From: Hyphomonadaceae bacterium JAD_PAG50586_4
GTDB lineage: Bacteria > Pseudomonadota > Alphaproteobacteria > Caulobacterales > Aquidulcibacteraceae
Length of the DNA stretch: 64,000 bases
NCBI GenBank assembly: GCA_023242925.1
Contig: CP096134.1
Coordinates: 1,201,944 to 1,265,943 of the forward strand
Reading direction: 5' to 3'
Below, piece after piece: positions 19,441 to 29,437 of the stretch (within the stretch, counting starts at the first letter, position 1; the number at the start of each line of letters is the position of its first letter). The translations under genes were made by a program, and so were the position numbers. Below the pieces are notes generated by a model that saw nothing but the letters and a program-made list of their open reading frames with translations, ran no database searches and had not been told where the DNA came from.

Positions 19441-20778
19441 ATGTTGAAAGATCGCTACGGCAACACCGCTTCGACGAACTCCGAAGTCGCGATGGCCAAG
19501 TACAACGAGGCGCTCGATCTCATCCGTCTCTATCGCGGCGACCCGATCGCGGCGCTGGATGATGCGATCGCCGCCGACCCTGATTTCGGCGGCGCCTGGG
19601 CCGCGCGCGCAGGGTTGCTCGTGCAGCAGACGGACAAGGCATATTCCGAGGAGGCGGCCAAGAGCATCCGTGCGGGCGCGGCTGCCAATCTCAACGACCG
19701 CGAGCGCTTGCACTTGAAGGCCGCACAAGACTGGGCGGAAGGCCGCTACAATGACGGCACGATGGGGTTAGCGCGCATCGCGCGGGAAAATCCGCGCGAT
19801 CTACTGGCGCTGCAATACGCGCATGTCGGGTGCTTTTTTCTGGGCATGCAAAGCGAATTACGCGATTGGCCGCTGCAAACCATGCGCGCGTTTAAGCCGG
19901 GCGATGATGGTTATTCCTACCTGCAAGGCATGGCCGCGTTCGGGCTCGAGGAATGCGGCGACTACGCCCGCGCCGACGAATTCGGCCGCGCCGCTGTCAC
20001 TGCTGACCCGCGCGATGGTTGGGCAGTGCACGCGGTGGCGCACGTCAATGAAATGCGCGGTGATCTTGAAGCCGGCATTCCGTGGCTTGCCGATAACGCG
20101 CAGCATTGGGCGCCGGAGAGCGGCTTTGCCTATCATAATTGGTGGCATTTGGGTTTGCTCTATCTCGACCAGGGCGACACCGCAAAAGTGCTGAAGCTGT
20201 TCGACGAGAAAGTGCGTCCCGATACGCAAGCGCAGGTCGTGCTCGAATGGATCGATGCGTCGGCGATACTGTGGCGTTTGCATCTCGAAGGCGTCGATGT
20301 CGGCGATCGCTTCGAGAAGCTCGCTGCGTGCTGGCAGCGCGCGGGCGAGGACGCGATCTACGCGTTCAACGATTTGCACGCGATCATGGCCTTCCTCGGC
20401 GCCGGGCGCGCCCTCGATGCGGAACGCACGCTGAAAGCGATGCGCCACGCGGCGGCTGATAGCGGCGACAATGCGTACATGACGCGCAAAGTCGGCCTGC
20501 CGCTGGCGGAAGCCTTCGTCGCGTTCGAAGCGGGACGGTACGGCGAGTGCGTGGACAAGATCATGGCCACGCGCGGCCTCGCCCAGCGTTTCGGCGGCAG
20601 CCATGCGCAACGCGACGTGCTGACGCTGACCGCGCTGCACGCGGCGTTGGCTGGCGGGTTTGCGTCCACGGCGGAAGCCATCGCGGCGGAACGCTTGGCG
20701 CACAAGCCGCAAAGTCCTTGGGCGGGACGCCTTGCGCGCCAAGCCCGCGAGCTGAGCGCCAAACAGCGCGCAGCTTGA
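19441..20778 (+). CDS. TTC38-like tetratricopeptide repeat protein
   Basis: PRDLLAL, GMAAFGLEE, DGWAVHAVAHV, HNWWHLGL, FNDLH and GGSHAQRD motifs; SD GGAG. Confidence 0.85.
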   Translation: MLKDRYGNTASTNSEVAMAKYNEALDLIRLYRGDPIAALDDAIAADPDFGGAWAARAGLLVQQTDKAYSEEAAKSIRAGAAANLNDRERLHLKAAQDWAEGRYNDGTMGLARIARENPRDLLALQYAHVGCFFLGMQSELRDWPLQTMRAFKPGDDGYSYLQGMAAFGLEECGDYARADEFGRAAVTADPRDGWAVHAVAHVNEMRGDLEAGIPWLADNAQHWAPESGFAYHNWWHLGLLYLDQGDTAKVLKLFDEKVRPDTQAQVVLEWIDASAILWRLHLEGVDVGDRFEKLAACWQRAGEDAIYAFNDLHAIMAFLGAGRALDAERTLKAMRHAAADSGDNAYMTRKVGLPLAEAFVAFEAGRYGECVDKIMATRGLAQRFGGSHAQRDVLTLTALHAALAGGFASTAEAIAAERLAHKPQSPWAGRLARQARELSAKQRAA

Positions 20779-20781
20779 TCC

Positions 20782-20836
20782 GAACCGGCGGCGGGCCCTC
20801 AACGCCTGCCCTAAGCCCGCCGCCGGTTCTTTATTT
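20782..20836 (+). terminator. Intrinsic terminator-like hairpin after the TTC38-like gene
   Basis: Perfect 15-bp stem GAACCGGCGGCGGGC / GCCCGCCGCCGGTTC with an 18-nt loop, followed by TTTATTT. Confidence 0.7.
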
Positions 20837-20855
20837 CTAATTGGAGATTGGTCCG

Positions 20856-21685
20856 ATGATTTCGGATTGCGCCTTCGTGCGCCTGAATAATGGTTTGCGT
20901 CTGGCTTATGTCGAGCAGGGGCGCGCGATGGGATCGCGCTGATTATGCTGCATGGCTATTCTGACACGCATCGCTCGTTCGATCTGGTGCGGCCGCTCTT
21001 GCCGCGCGCGTGGCGCGTGATTGCGGTGACGCAGCGCGGACATGGTCATTCGGACAAGCCGTACAGCGATTACGCAATGGGCGATTTCGCGGGCGACGTG
21101 CCGGCTTTGCTGGATGCGCTTGAAATCGAGCGCGCGGTGATCGTCGGCCATTCATTGGGCGCGGCCGTGGCGTTGCGGGCGGCGGCCGACTATCCTGAGC
21201 GCGTCGCCGGGCTTGCTTTGATCGGCGGCTTTGCGGATTTCCGCGGCAACGCTGGTGTAGTGGAGTTGTGCGATCTTGTCGGTCGTTTCGGCGAACAGAT
21301 CGATCCCGTGTTCGTGCGCAGCTTCCAAGCCAGCACGATCGCGGCGGCGATGTCACAAGCCTTCATCGAGTTCGTTAGCAACGAAAGCATGCGCTGTCCG
21401 ACGCGCGCCTGGAAAGGCGTCGCACAAGCCTTGATGGAATGCGATCCGCTGGGCGACGCAGCGCGGGTCAAAGCGCCATCGATGTTGATCTGGGGCGACA
21501 AGGACGGCTTTGCGCCGCGCGCCGACCAATACGCTCTGCGACGAGCCTTGCCGGCGGCGCGGCTGGTCACCCTCAGCGGCGCAGGTCACGCGCCACTTTG
21601 GGAGCGCACGGCGGACACAGCGGCGTGCTTGCGTGCGTTCGTCACCGACATTGATGAGCCGAGACTGGTCGCGGACGCCATCTAG
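20856..21685 (+). CDS. Alpha/beta hydrolase; frameshift in a G4 run at 20918-20921
   Basis: MISDCAFVRLNNGLRLAYVEQG joins LIMLHGYSD; QRGHGHS; nucleophile GHSLG; IWGDKD; GHAP. SD GGAG. Confidence 0.85.
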
Positions 21686-21703
21686 GGGGACGCCATCTAG
21701 GGG
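21674..21703. repeat. Perfect 15-bp tandem duplication
   Basis: GACGCCATCTAGGGG twice, at 21674-21688 and 21689-21703. Confidence 0.9.
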
Positions 21704-21706
21704 AAA

Positions 21707-21801
21707 GTGCAGACAGGACAACGACCCGTACGCAACCCGTTGCGGCTGCTTCCTTCCGGACCTGACCGGGTTGGCGGGGCGGCCGTCCGCCGCCTGCCTG
21801 C
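21707..21801 (-). ncRNA. ffs: Signal recognition particle RNA (4.5S)
   Basis: Minus strand contains CCCGGTCAGGTCCGGAAGGAAGCAGCCG (SRP domain IV with the GGAA tetraloop). The terminal GCAGGCAGG pairs with CCTGTCTGC. Confidence 0.93.
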
Positions 21802-21918
21802 GTCGCTCATATCGCCGCTCGGAGGAACCGGCGCAAGGGCGGAACTGACTGGGATGTGCGGCGTTTTCTCTCCGTCCAACCACAACGGAGAGGCCGCGCT
21901 AGAGGCGCGGACACGCCA

Positions 21919-22245
21919 ATGCTGCGAACCCTTGTCTTTGCCCTTGCGCTGACCCTGCCGTCCTTGGCCGGCGCGCAGCAAATGCGTGAGCAATTTCCGG
22001 ACTCTCCTTTGGGAATGGAAGTTCGAGGTCATGACGGCGCTGTGCTGGGGCGTGTCGCCAGTGTGGAACGCAACGCGCGCGGCACTATCGTTGCGGTGGA
22101 AATTCCAGGCCTGGAGCCGGGCGATGCGCCGGCAGCCTCTGGCGACCTCGTGGCTCAAAATGAGTCACGTCTGATGGCGCCCGATCGTCAGCGTTTAGCG
22201 CGTGAGCGTGTGTTGGCCAGCAGCCGCGATGTGCGCGTAAACTAG
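21919..22245 (+). CDS. Small secreted protein, PRC-barrel-like
   Basis: Signal peptide ending AGA-QQ, then LGMEVRGHDGAVLGRVASV, a PRC-barrel-type start. Confidence 0.6.
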   Translation: MLRTLVFALALTLPSLAGAQQMREQFPDSPLGMEVRGHDGAVLGRVASVERNARGTIVAVEIPGLEPGDAPAASGDLVAQNESRLMAPDRQRLARERVLASSRDVRVN

Positions 22246-22721
22246 CGGGCCAACAGCGCCAGGCCCGCAAGCACAAAACCGGCGCCGAAGAGAATGCCCG
22301 CGATCATGAACCCATAATCGGGCAACCCCGCGGCTAGGGCTGACGCAAACCAGCATATCGGCGCCGCCAAGGGCCGCTCGCCCGCGCGCACCCACGCCAA
22401 GCTTAGCCCGATTAAAGCAATTGCCAATGTTATCGCACCTTGCTCGTAGGTGCTGAAGCCGAACGGATCCGCGTCCGGGCCGCCGATGAAAGAGAGCGCG
22501 GCCATGCCGACGACGAAGCTCGCCAGACCCAGAAAGCCGAGCTTTGCCGCGCGCGAGACATAAACTCCAATCAGACCGAGCGTCAGGAATATGTCGACAA
22601 TCACCCAGAGCCATTGCTGCTGGACGGGATCGGTGATGAGGGGAAAGGCCGAAATGATGCGCAGCACGCCCCCGGTGATGGCGGCGCCGGCGGAAAGGCG
22701 AAACAATTGGCTAGCGTTCAT
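22242..22721 (-). CDS. Hypothetical integral membrane protein
   Basis: About five or six hydrophobic segments; no motif recognised. Confidence 0.65.
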   Translation of the reverse strand: MNASQLFRLSAGAAITGGVLRIISAFPLITDPVQQQWLWVIVDIFLTLGLIGVYVSRAAKLGFLGLASFVVGMAALSFIGGPDADPFGFSTYEQGAITLAIALIGLSLAWVRAGERPLAAPICWFASALAAGLPDYGFMIAGILFGAGFVLAGLALLAR

Positions 22722-22834
22722 GCGCGCGAACCTGACGTTCGACGCGCCGACGATCAACCGTTTGCAGAATGCGGAAAAGGCAAAGGGCGCGGCGATACCT
22801 CCGAGCCCTTGCTGTTTGCGTGGTTAGCGTGCGC

Positions 22835-23590
22835 CTAAGTGCCGCTTTCCGTTTCAGTGGTCGGCGTTTCGCTGGACGGCTGCGTTGGCGTTGGGGCCGT
22901 AACTGACGCATCCGCGTTGGCGACGCCTGCAAAGCTCATGCGGACCTCGAGACGGCCCGTGCTCGCGGCTTCTGCATCGACATTGGCTTGCTCGGCGATG
23001 GAAATGCGGTCAGCCGGCACGCCTTGCGCGATCAAGGTGGCGCGGACAGCGCTGGCGCGGCGGGTGGACGTATTGCCGTTGGCGCTATCGACGATTTGGA
23101 TTTGCTGGAGGTCGCAGACGGACGCAGCGTCCACGGCTTGCTCGATGGCGTTGCGGTTTTGCTGGGTGAGCGACGAGCCGCGTGCGCCGAAATGCACGGA
23201 GGTGACGCGCGCCTGGCAGACAGCGTTCGCGGTGGCCGGAATGGCGGCGCCCGGCGCTTCAGCTGTGGCGGTCGGGGTCGCGCCAGGAGTAACCGCGGCG
23301 TCCGGCGCAGCGGGCGTAGCCGCCATAGCGGAAGCGGCCTCGGCGGCTTCCGCGGGCGTATCGGCATCGGCTTGCGCTGCGGCTTGGGTCTGGGTTTCGG
23401 CGAGGACTGAGCCTTCCGGCGTCACGACACCGCCCTCAGCTTGGCCGCTCAAGCCAGTGTCGGGATCGGCGGGCGTTTCGGCGGTGATGGGCGGCGTTGC
23501 AGGGACGGCGTTGGGCAAATCTTGGGCAAAGGCCGGGGCCGAGAGCGCCAGACCGGCTGCGGCCACGGACGCCAGAAGCATGTTTCGCAT
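22835..23590 (-). CDS. Secreted protein with Pro/Ala/Thr-rich linker and degenerate OmpA-like C-terminal domain
   Basis: Signal peptide ending AFA-Q; [11 protein letters not shown]...[20 protein letters not shown]. Confidence 0.7.
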   Translation of the reverse strand: MRNMLLASVAAAGLALSAPAFAQDLPNAVPATPPITAETPADPDTGLSGQAEGGVVTPEGSVLAETQTQAAAQADADTPAEAAEAASAMAATPAAPDAAVTPGATPTATAEAPGAAIPATANAVCQARVTSVHFGARGSSLTQQNRNAIEQAVDAASVCDLQQIQIVDSANGNTSTRRASAVRATLIAQGVPADRISIAEQANVDAEAASTGRLEVRMSFAGVANADASVTAPTPTQPSSETPTTETESGT

Positions 23591-23698
23591 GGGGAGGGCT
23601 CCATTGGGGAAAACAAAGGGGCGCCGACTGCCGCCCGCGCCCCTGGGAGCCAACGCGGGTTAAAGCTGCCAGTTCCTGTTCCCTCACGGAGCGTTTGC

Positions 23699-23727
23699 TT
23701 GACGTCGCGCTCGGCTCTTCATACCTG
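23699..23727 (+). promoter_or_regulatory. Putative sigma70 promoter giving a leaderless def mRNA
   Basis: TTGACG at 23699, 17-bp spacer, TACCTG at 23722; the ATG follows 7 nt later with no SD. Confidence 0.4.
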
Positions 23728-23733
23728 CTGAGC

Positions 23734-24246
23734 ATGGCCATTCGCCCCATTCTCGTCGCGCCCGATCCGCGCCTGAAGCAGAAATCAGCCCCGGTTGAAG
23801 GACCGGTGACGGATGCGCATCGCCGCCTCATGGATGACATGCTGGAGACGATGTACGACGCGCCGGGCATTGGTTTGGCCGCGATCCAGATCGGCGAGCC
23901 GCTGCGCATTATCGTGATGGATCTCGCGCGCGAAGACGAGCCGAAGGCGCCGCGCTATTTCGTGAACCCGGAAATCCTTTGGGCTTCGCAAGAGGTCGTG
24001 CCGTACGAGGAAGGCTGCCTCTCGGTGCCGGATTATTACGACGATGTGGAGCGCCCGCGTCACGTGAAGATCCGCTACATGGATTACAACGGCAAGCAGA
24101 TCGAAGAAGACGCCGAGGGCCTTTACGCGGTCTGCATCCAGCACGAGATGGATCATCTCGAAGGTGTGCTCTTCATCGACCATCTCTCGCGCCTGAAGCG
24201 CGAGAAGGCGCTCAACAAGCTGAAGAAGACGCGCCGCGCGCTTTGA
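23734..24246 (+). CDS. def: Peptide deformylase
   Basis: [13 protein letters not shown] and QHEMDHLEG. Confidence 0.97.
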   Translation: MAIRPILVAPDPRLKQKSAPVEGPVTDAHRRLMDDMLETMYDAPGIGLAAIQIGEPLRIIVMDLAREDEPKAPRYFVNPEILWASQEVVPYEEGCLSVPDYYDDVERPRHVKIRYMDYNGKQIEEDAEGLYAVCIQHEMDHLEGVLFIDHLSRLKREKALNKLKKTRRAL

Positions 24247-24276
24247 TCCTGCGCTGTCGTCGTGCATGAGGGTCGC

Positions 24277-25197
24277 ATGACGCTTCGCCTTGCTTTCATG
24301 GGATCGCCCGCCTTTGCGCTGCCGGCTTTGGCGGCGTTGATCGAGGCTGGCCACGAGATCGCCTGCGTCTATTCGCAGCCGCCGCGACCTGCCGGGCGCG
24401 GCAAGCAGGAACGGCCGACGCCGGTGCATGCGTTCGCGGCGGGGCGCGGGCTTGAGGTGCGGACGCCGAAGAGCTTGAAGCGCGCTGAAGAGCAGGCGGC
24501 GTTCGCCGCACTGAAGCTCGATGCCGCGATCGTGGTGGCGTACGGGCTCATTCTTCCGAAGGCGATCTTGGATGCGCCGCGCTTGGGCGCGTTCAATCTG
24601 CACGGCTCGCTGCTCCCGCGCTGGCGCGGCGCCGCCCCCATCCAGCGCGCCATCATGGCGGGCGACCGCGTGACCGGGGTTCAAGTGATGCGGATGGAAG
24701 AAGGGCTCGATACGGGGCCTGTTCTGGCGACCGCTGAAACGCCGATAGAAATCGAGGACAATACCTCGACTTTGCACGATAGATTGGCAGGACTTGGTGC
24801 GCGACTTTTGATCGACACGCTGGAGAAGGTGGCGCTTGGAGAAGCAGTAGAAACGCCTCAAACCGAGACTGGCGTCACCTACGCGCACAAGATCACACCC
24901 GTCGAGACGCGCATTGATTGGACGCGCCCAGCGCGCGAGATCGATTGCATGATCCGCGGCCTCGCGCCGACGCCCGGCGCTTGGTTCGATCTGGATGGCG
25001 CCCGCATGAAAGTGTTGCATTCGCGTCTCGGTCTCGGACAGGGCGCGCCTGGCGAAGCTTTGGACGATGCGCTGCTGATCGCCTGCGGCGATGGCGCGGT
25101 GCGCTTGCTTCGGGTGCAGCGCGAAGGCCGGGCGCCGCTTGAAACTGAAGCGTTTTTGCGGGGACAGCCCGTTCCTATCGGTTCCAAGCTGTCATAA
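24277..25197 (+). CDS. fmt: Methionyl-tRNA formyltransferase
   Basis: [16 protein letters not shown] and [20 protein letters not shown]. Confidence 0.97.
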   Translation: MTLRLAFMGSPAFALPALAALIEAGHEIACVYSQPPRPAGRGKQERPTPVHAFAAGRGLEVRTPKSLKRAEEQAAFAALKLDAAIVVAYGLILPKAILDAPRLGAFNLHGSLLPRWRGAAPIQRAIMAGDRVTGVQVMRMEEGLDTGPVLATAETPIEIEDNTSTLHDRLAGLGARLLIDTLEKVALGEAVETPQTETGVTYAHKITPVETRIDWTRPAREIDCMIRGLAPTPGAWFDLDGARMKVLHSRLGLGQGAPGEALDDALLIACGDGAVRLLRVQREGRAPLETEAFLRGQPVPIGSKLS

Positions 25198-25255
25198 AGC
25201 TACATTGAAGCAATGCAGGCAGCCGGCTAAGTTTCCGGCAGCGGAGGGTATTTTC

Positions 25256-25828
25256 ATGCGTGTTCGCATCGCTCTTGTGGCGTTGGCTTTGGTGCTTGCT
25301 GGTTGCGACCAGCCCGGATCGACGGGTGAAGCGGGCGGCTCTGACGCGCCATCGCTCGATGCGCCGGCGCCGGAAAGCGAACCGTCACGCGTATTTGCCG
25401 CGGCGAACGATGCAGCGCGGGGCGCGACGGGTGAACTGACGGTCTCGCTTGCGATGCGCATGCCAGATGCGGCGCAGGAAAACGCCGAGGCGCGCGAAAC
25501 GCTGACGCTGCGCGGCGCGAATGATTTGGTCGTTGAGGCCGAGATCAACGGCGCGGTCTCGCCGGCGACGCAGGTTGGCGGCCAGACGCTGCGCGCGTTG
25601 CTGAACATACCGGTCGAGGAGCCGCAAGTGCTCGTCTATCGCGTCACGCAAGAGACGAAGCCCTCGAACGGCCAAGGTTTGTGCGGCGCGGATGCGCCGG
25701 CGTTTGTCATCGTATGGGAGCCTTCGGGCCCGGGCGATGGCGGCATGAAGGTGCTCGGCCTCACTGGCGGCGCACCGGGCGCAGAGGGCGCGCGCGCTTG
25801 CCCAATGTTAGAATACGGAAGGCAGTAG
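25256..25828 (+). CDS. Hypothetical lipoprotein
   Basis: Lipobox LAGC; SD GGAGG; two further Cys near the C-terminus. Confidence 0.7.
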   Translation: MRVRIALVALALVLAGCDQPGSTGEAGGSDAPSLDAPAPESEPSRVFAAANDAARGATGELTVSLAMRMPDAAQENAEARETLTLRGANDLVVEAEINGAVSPATQVGGQTLRALLNIPVEEPQVLVYRVTQETKPSNGQGLCGADAPAFVIVWEPSGPGDGGMKVLGLTGGAPGAEGARACPMLEYGRQ

Positions 25829-25884
25829 GCAGTGGGCGGTAGGGATAAGGAATTCCACTGCCCAATCCCCACTGCCCATTACCC
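25821..25884. repeat. Inverted array of heptamer repeats (STRR-like)
   Basis: GGCAGTA GGCAGTG GGCGGTA GGGATAA GG AATT CCACTGC CCAATCC CCACTGC CCATTAC CC. Confidence 0.75.
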
Positions 25885-25889
25885 TAACC

Positions 25890-26624
25890 ATGCGCTTCAA
25901 GCTGACCATCGAATATGACGGCGGCCCGTTTCAGGGCTGGCAGCGTTTGCCTAATGCGCCGAGCGTGCAGGGTGCGCTTGAGGATGCAGTCGAGAAGCTG
26001 ACCGGCGTGCGCTCGGAGGTGATCGGTGCGGGGCGTACGGATTCGGGCGTGCATGCTTATGCGCAGGTCGCGCATGTCGACATCGAGAAGCCCTTTGAGG
26101 TGGGGCGTTTGGCGGACGCGTTGAACGCCCATCTGCGCCCGCATCCGATCGCCGTGAGCGCGGTTGCCGAAGCAGCGCCGGACTTTCACGCGCGGTTTGA
26201 CGCGAAATTGCGGGCCTATCGCTATCGCATCCGCAATCGGCGCACGCCGCTGACGTTTGAGCGCGGCCAAATGTGGCGCGTGTCGCGGGCGTTGGATGTG
26301 GATGCGATGCAGGCCGCGGCGGCGCGGCTGGTCGGCAAGCACGATTTCACCACGTTTCGCGATGCGCATTGCCAAGCCAAGTCGCCGCTAAAGACGCTCA
26401 ATGTCGCGCAAGTAACGCGCAACAGTGACGAAGTGGATTGCTGGTTTGAAGCGCAGAGCTTTCTGCATCGCCAAGTGCGCTCGATGGTGGGAACGCTGGT
26501 AGAGGTAGGCCTCGGCAAAATGGGCGCCGACGGTGTGGCGCGTATACTGGCGGCGGCGGATCGCGCGCAATGCGGCCCGGTGGCGCCGGCGGATGGATTG
26601 TATCTTGCGCGCGTCGATTACTGA
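25890..26624 (+). CDS. truA: tRNA pseudouridine(38-40) synthase
   Basis: [29 protein letters not shown] and [11 protein letters not shown]. Confidence 0.97.
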   Translation: MRFKLTIEYDGGPFQGWQRLPNAPSVQGALEDAVEKLTGVRSEVIGAGRTDSGVHAYAQVAHVDIEKPFEVGRLADALNAHLRPHPIAVSAVAEAAPDFHARFDAKLRAYRYRIRNRRTPLTFERGQMWRVSRALDVDAMQAAAARLVGKHDFTTFRDAHCQAKSPLKTLNVAQVTRNSDEVDCWFEAQSFLHRQVRSMVGTLVEVGLGKMGADGVARILAAADRAQCGPVAPADGLYLARVDY

Positions 26625-27007
26625 CGTTCGATCATATCCCAGCGATTGCCGTAGAGGTCCTCGAACACGACGACCTTGCCGTATTTTTCCTGACGCGGCG
26701 TTTCGATGAAATGTACGCCGGCGGCGCGATAGCGTTCATAAGTGAGATCGAAATCGGGTGTGTAGAGAAACAGGAAGACGCGGCCGCCGGTTTGATTGCC
26801 GATATAGGCTTGCTGGGTGTCGTTGCCGGCTTTCGCCAGCAGCAGGCGCGCGCCGTCGCTTTGGGACGGCGCGACGACAACCCAGCGCTTGGTGTCGCTG
26901 AGCGCTGTATCTTCGATCAGCGTGAAGCCGAGGCTCTGTGTGTAGTACGCGATGGCTTCGTCGTAATCGCGGACGAGGAGGCTGAGCATGCCAAGTGTTG
27001 TACTCAT
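26618..27007 (-). CDS. VOC/glyoxalase family protein
   Basis: [22 protein letters not shown] and [10 protein letters not shown]. Confidence 0.9.
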   Translation of the reverse strand: MSTTLGMLSLLVRDYDEAIAYYTQSLGFTLIEDTALSDTKRWVVVAPSQSDGARLLLAKAGNDTQQAYIGNQTGGRVFLFLYTPDFDLTYERYRAAGVHFIETPRQEKYGKVVVFEDLYGNRWDMIERQ

Positions 27008-28149
27008 GCGAAATACCGGCGCAGCACAGCCTCATAACAGCGCGCTAGCGTGCGCACATCCTCGACGGCGCAATGCTCGTCGACCATGTGCGCGGTGGCG
27101 TTGCGCAGGCCAAGTTCGGCGACTTGCGCGTAATTGCGGATGTAACGCGCGTCCGAGGTGCCGCCAGTGGTGGTGAGTGCGGGGACGATGCCGAAGCTCT
27201 CGCGCACCGAATCCACCAGCATCGCGGTAAAGTCGCCTGGATCGGTGTAGAAGGGCACACTTTGCGAAGCGATCACGAAGCTCGCCTTGCCGCCAATGCG
27301 GGCGGCGGCGGCTTCCGTCGTTTCCTTGATCCAAGCAAACAGCGCCTCGCCGGTGTGATTGGTGTTGAAGCGGATGTTGAGCTTGGCGCTGGCGCGCTGC
27401 GGGATCACGTTGTGAGCGGCATTGCCGACATCGATGCTGGTGACTTCAAGGTTGGACGGATCGAAGCCTGGCGCGCCATAATCGAGGCGCCGCGCCTTCA
27501 GTTCCGCACAAGCTTCGACCAGCGCCGTCACCGGGTTCACCGCACGCTGCGGATAGGCGACGTGCCCTTGCTTGCCGTCGATATTGATCACGACATTGAT
27601 GCTGCCGCGCCGGCCGTTCTTGATCACGTCGCCGACGCGGTCTTCGCTGGTCGGTTCGCCGACGACGCAATGGTCGAGCTTCTCGCCTTCGGCGGCGAGC
27701 GCTTCGAGCACCGCCTTGGTGCCGTCCACAGCCGGACCTTCTTCGTCGCAGGTGAGCAAGAACGAGATCGAACCCTTCGGCGCGCCGTTCTTGTTCAGAT
27801 AGCTTTCTGTCGCGGCGATCATGGCGGCGATCGCGGTTTTCATGTCGGTGGCGCCGCGTCCATAGAGATTGCCGTCGCGAATTTCGGCCGTGAACGGATC
27901 GCTGGCCCAGCCTTCGCCCGGCGGCACGACATCGAGATGGCCGGCGAAGCAGAAATTCGGCTGCGCCTCGCCGAGCCGCGCGTAGAGATTGTCGACCGCG
28001 CCAAATTTCATGCGGCGAGTGCGAAAGCCCAGCTTCGTCAGCGCCTGTTCGGCCACATCCATCGCGCCAGCTTCGACCGGCGTCACGGAAGCGCAACGCA
28101 TTAAAGCTTGGGCGAGCGGGATTGGGTCGGTAAGAGTGCGAGCGTCCAT
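27004..28149 (-). CDS. dapE: Succinyl-diaminopimelate desuccinylase
   Basis: FAGHLDVVP, GRGATDMK, DEEGP, GEPTS, GRRGS and GGTSDAR. Confidence 0.95.
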   Translation of the reverse strand: MDARTLTDPIPLAQALMRCASVTPVEAGAMDVAEQALTKLGFRTRRMKFGAVDNLYARLGEAQPNFCFAGHLDVVPPGEGWASDPFTAEIRDGNLYGRGATDMKTAIAAMIAATESYLNKNGAPKGSISFLLTCDEEGPAVDGTKAVLEALAAEGEKLDHCVVGEPTSEDRVGDVIKNGRRGSINVVINIDGKQGHVAYPQRAVNPVTALVEACAELKARRLDYGAPGFDPSNLEVTSIDVGNAAHNVIPQRASAKLNIRFNTNHTGEALFAWIKETTEAAAARIGGKASFVIASQSVPFYTDPGDFTAMLVDSVRESFGIVPALTTTGGTSDARYIRNYAQVAELGLRNATAHMVDEHCAVEDVRTLARCYEAVLRRYFA

Positions 28150-28203
28150 GTGAATGCTTTAGAGTGTTCGCGCTTCGGGTTGAAGCGCTTGCGGGAGGAA
28201 AAC

Positions 28204-29418
28204 ATGAGCGATGTTGCGCCCGTTCAGGAGCAAAGCCGGATCAAGAGCCTCGACGTCATGCGCGGTTTTGCCGTGTTGGGCATCTTGATCGTCAACGCAG
28301 CCTATTTCGCCGCGCCTTGGCAGACCGGGCTCAACCCGTCCTTGCCGCCTCTGGCCGTCACCGAGGAGACGCTCTGGTCGTGGTTCATCATGCATGTGTT
28401 CTTCGAGTTCAAATGCATCACGCTGTTCTCACTTCTGTTTGGCGTGAGTATCTACCTGGTTGGCGGCGAGCGCGAGGACAAGGCGCGCGGCGCGTTGCTG
28501 CGATCGCGATTGTTTTGGCTGCTAATCTTCGGGCTGATCCACGCGACATTGATCTGGAACGGCGACATTCTCGTCACCTACGCGCTGACGGGCTTTCTCG
28601 TGATGCTGGCGCGCTCCTGGTCGCCGCGGGCTTTACTCATGGTGGGCGTGCTGCTGCTGATCGTGTCGATCGGCGTTCAGAGCATGTTTGCGCTGTTCAT
28701 GGATTTCATTCCCGCGCCAAAGCTGGCGCAGATCGAGGCGCAGATTTATACGCCCGCGCCCGAAACCATTCAGGCCACGATCGCGGCCTATCAAGCCGGC
28801 GTGTTCAGCGCCGTGCAGGAGAACATCTCGACATGGCTTGAATTCTTGTCGAACTCGCTCGTGGTGTTGATTGTGCGCACGGCGGGCGTGATGATGATCG
28901 GACTCGCGCTCTATAAGCTCGGCTTCCTTTCCGGCAATGCGAGCGCGTGGGTGTACGGCCTATTCGTGGCGCTCGGCGCTGCTGCGCTTGGCGTCATTGG
29001 CTATCAAGCGTGGCTGAACGCCGAGGGCGGTTTCACATTTCGACACATGATGGCGGGCGGGGGTTTTGCGAACACGGCGCTGGCGATCTTCGGCTCGCTT
29101 GGCTACGCGAGCTTGCTGATCCTGCTGGTGAAGGCGGGCGCACGCTTCATCACCGAGCCGCTGGCCGCGGTCGGGCGCATGGCGTTCACGAACTATCTGA
29201 CGCAATCGCTGATCATGACGACGATTTTCTGGGGCGGGCGCGGCTTTGGGCTCTATGGCGAAGTCGATCGACCCACATTGACGGGGATTGTCGTCGCGAT
29301 CTGGGTGCTGCAATTGATCTGGTCGCCGCTCTGGCTGGCGCGGTTTCAGATGGGACCGTTTGAATGGATTTGGCGCAGGCTCTCCTACGGGCGGCCTGTG
29401 GCGATGGCGAAAACATAA
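28204..29418 (+). CDS. DUF418 family membrane protein (YeiB-like)
   Basis: RIKSLDVMRGFAVLGIL, LFSLLFG, GRMAFTNYLTQS and GPFEWIWR. Confidence 0.88.
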   Translation: MSDVAPVQEQSRIKSLDVMRGFAVLGILIVNAAYFAAPWQTGLNPSLPPLAVTEETLWSWFIMHVFFEFKCITLFSLLFGVSIYLVGGEREDKARGALLRSRLFWLLIFGLIHATLIWNGDILVTYALTGFLVMLARSWSPRALLMVGVLLLIVSIGVQSMFALFMDFIPAPKLAQIEAQIYTPAPETIQATIAAYQAGVFSAVQENISTWLEFLSNSLVVLIVRTAGVMMIGLALYKLGFLSGNASAWVYGLFVALGAAALGVIGYQAWLNAEGGFTFRHMMAGGGFANTALAIFGSLGYASLLILLVKAGARFITEPLAAVGRMAFTNYLTQSLIMTTIFWGGRGFGLYGEVDRPTLTGIVVAIWVLQLIWSPLWLARFQMGPFEWIWRRLSYGRPVAMAKT

Positions 29419-29437
29419 CAACAGGGAAGGAATGGAC

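Noticed and set aside
19236-19728. Minus-strand ORFs 19236-19442 and 19285-19728
   Set aside because: No motifs, and they overlap the better-supported plus-strand peptide and TTC38-like gene.
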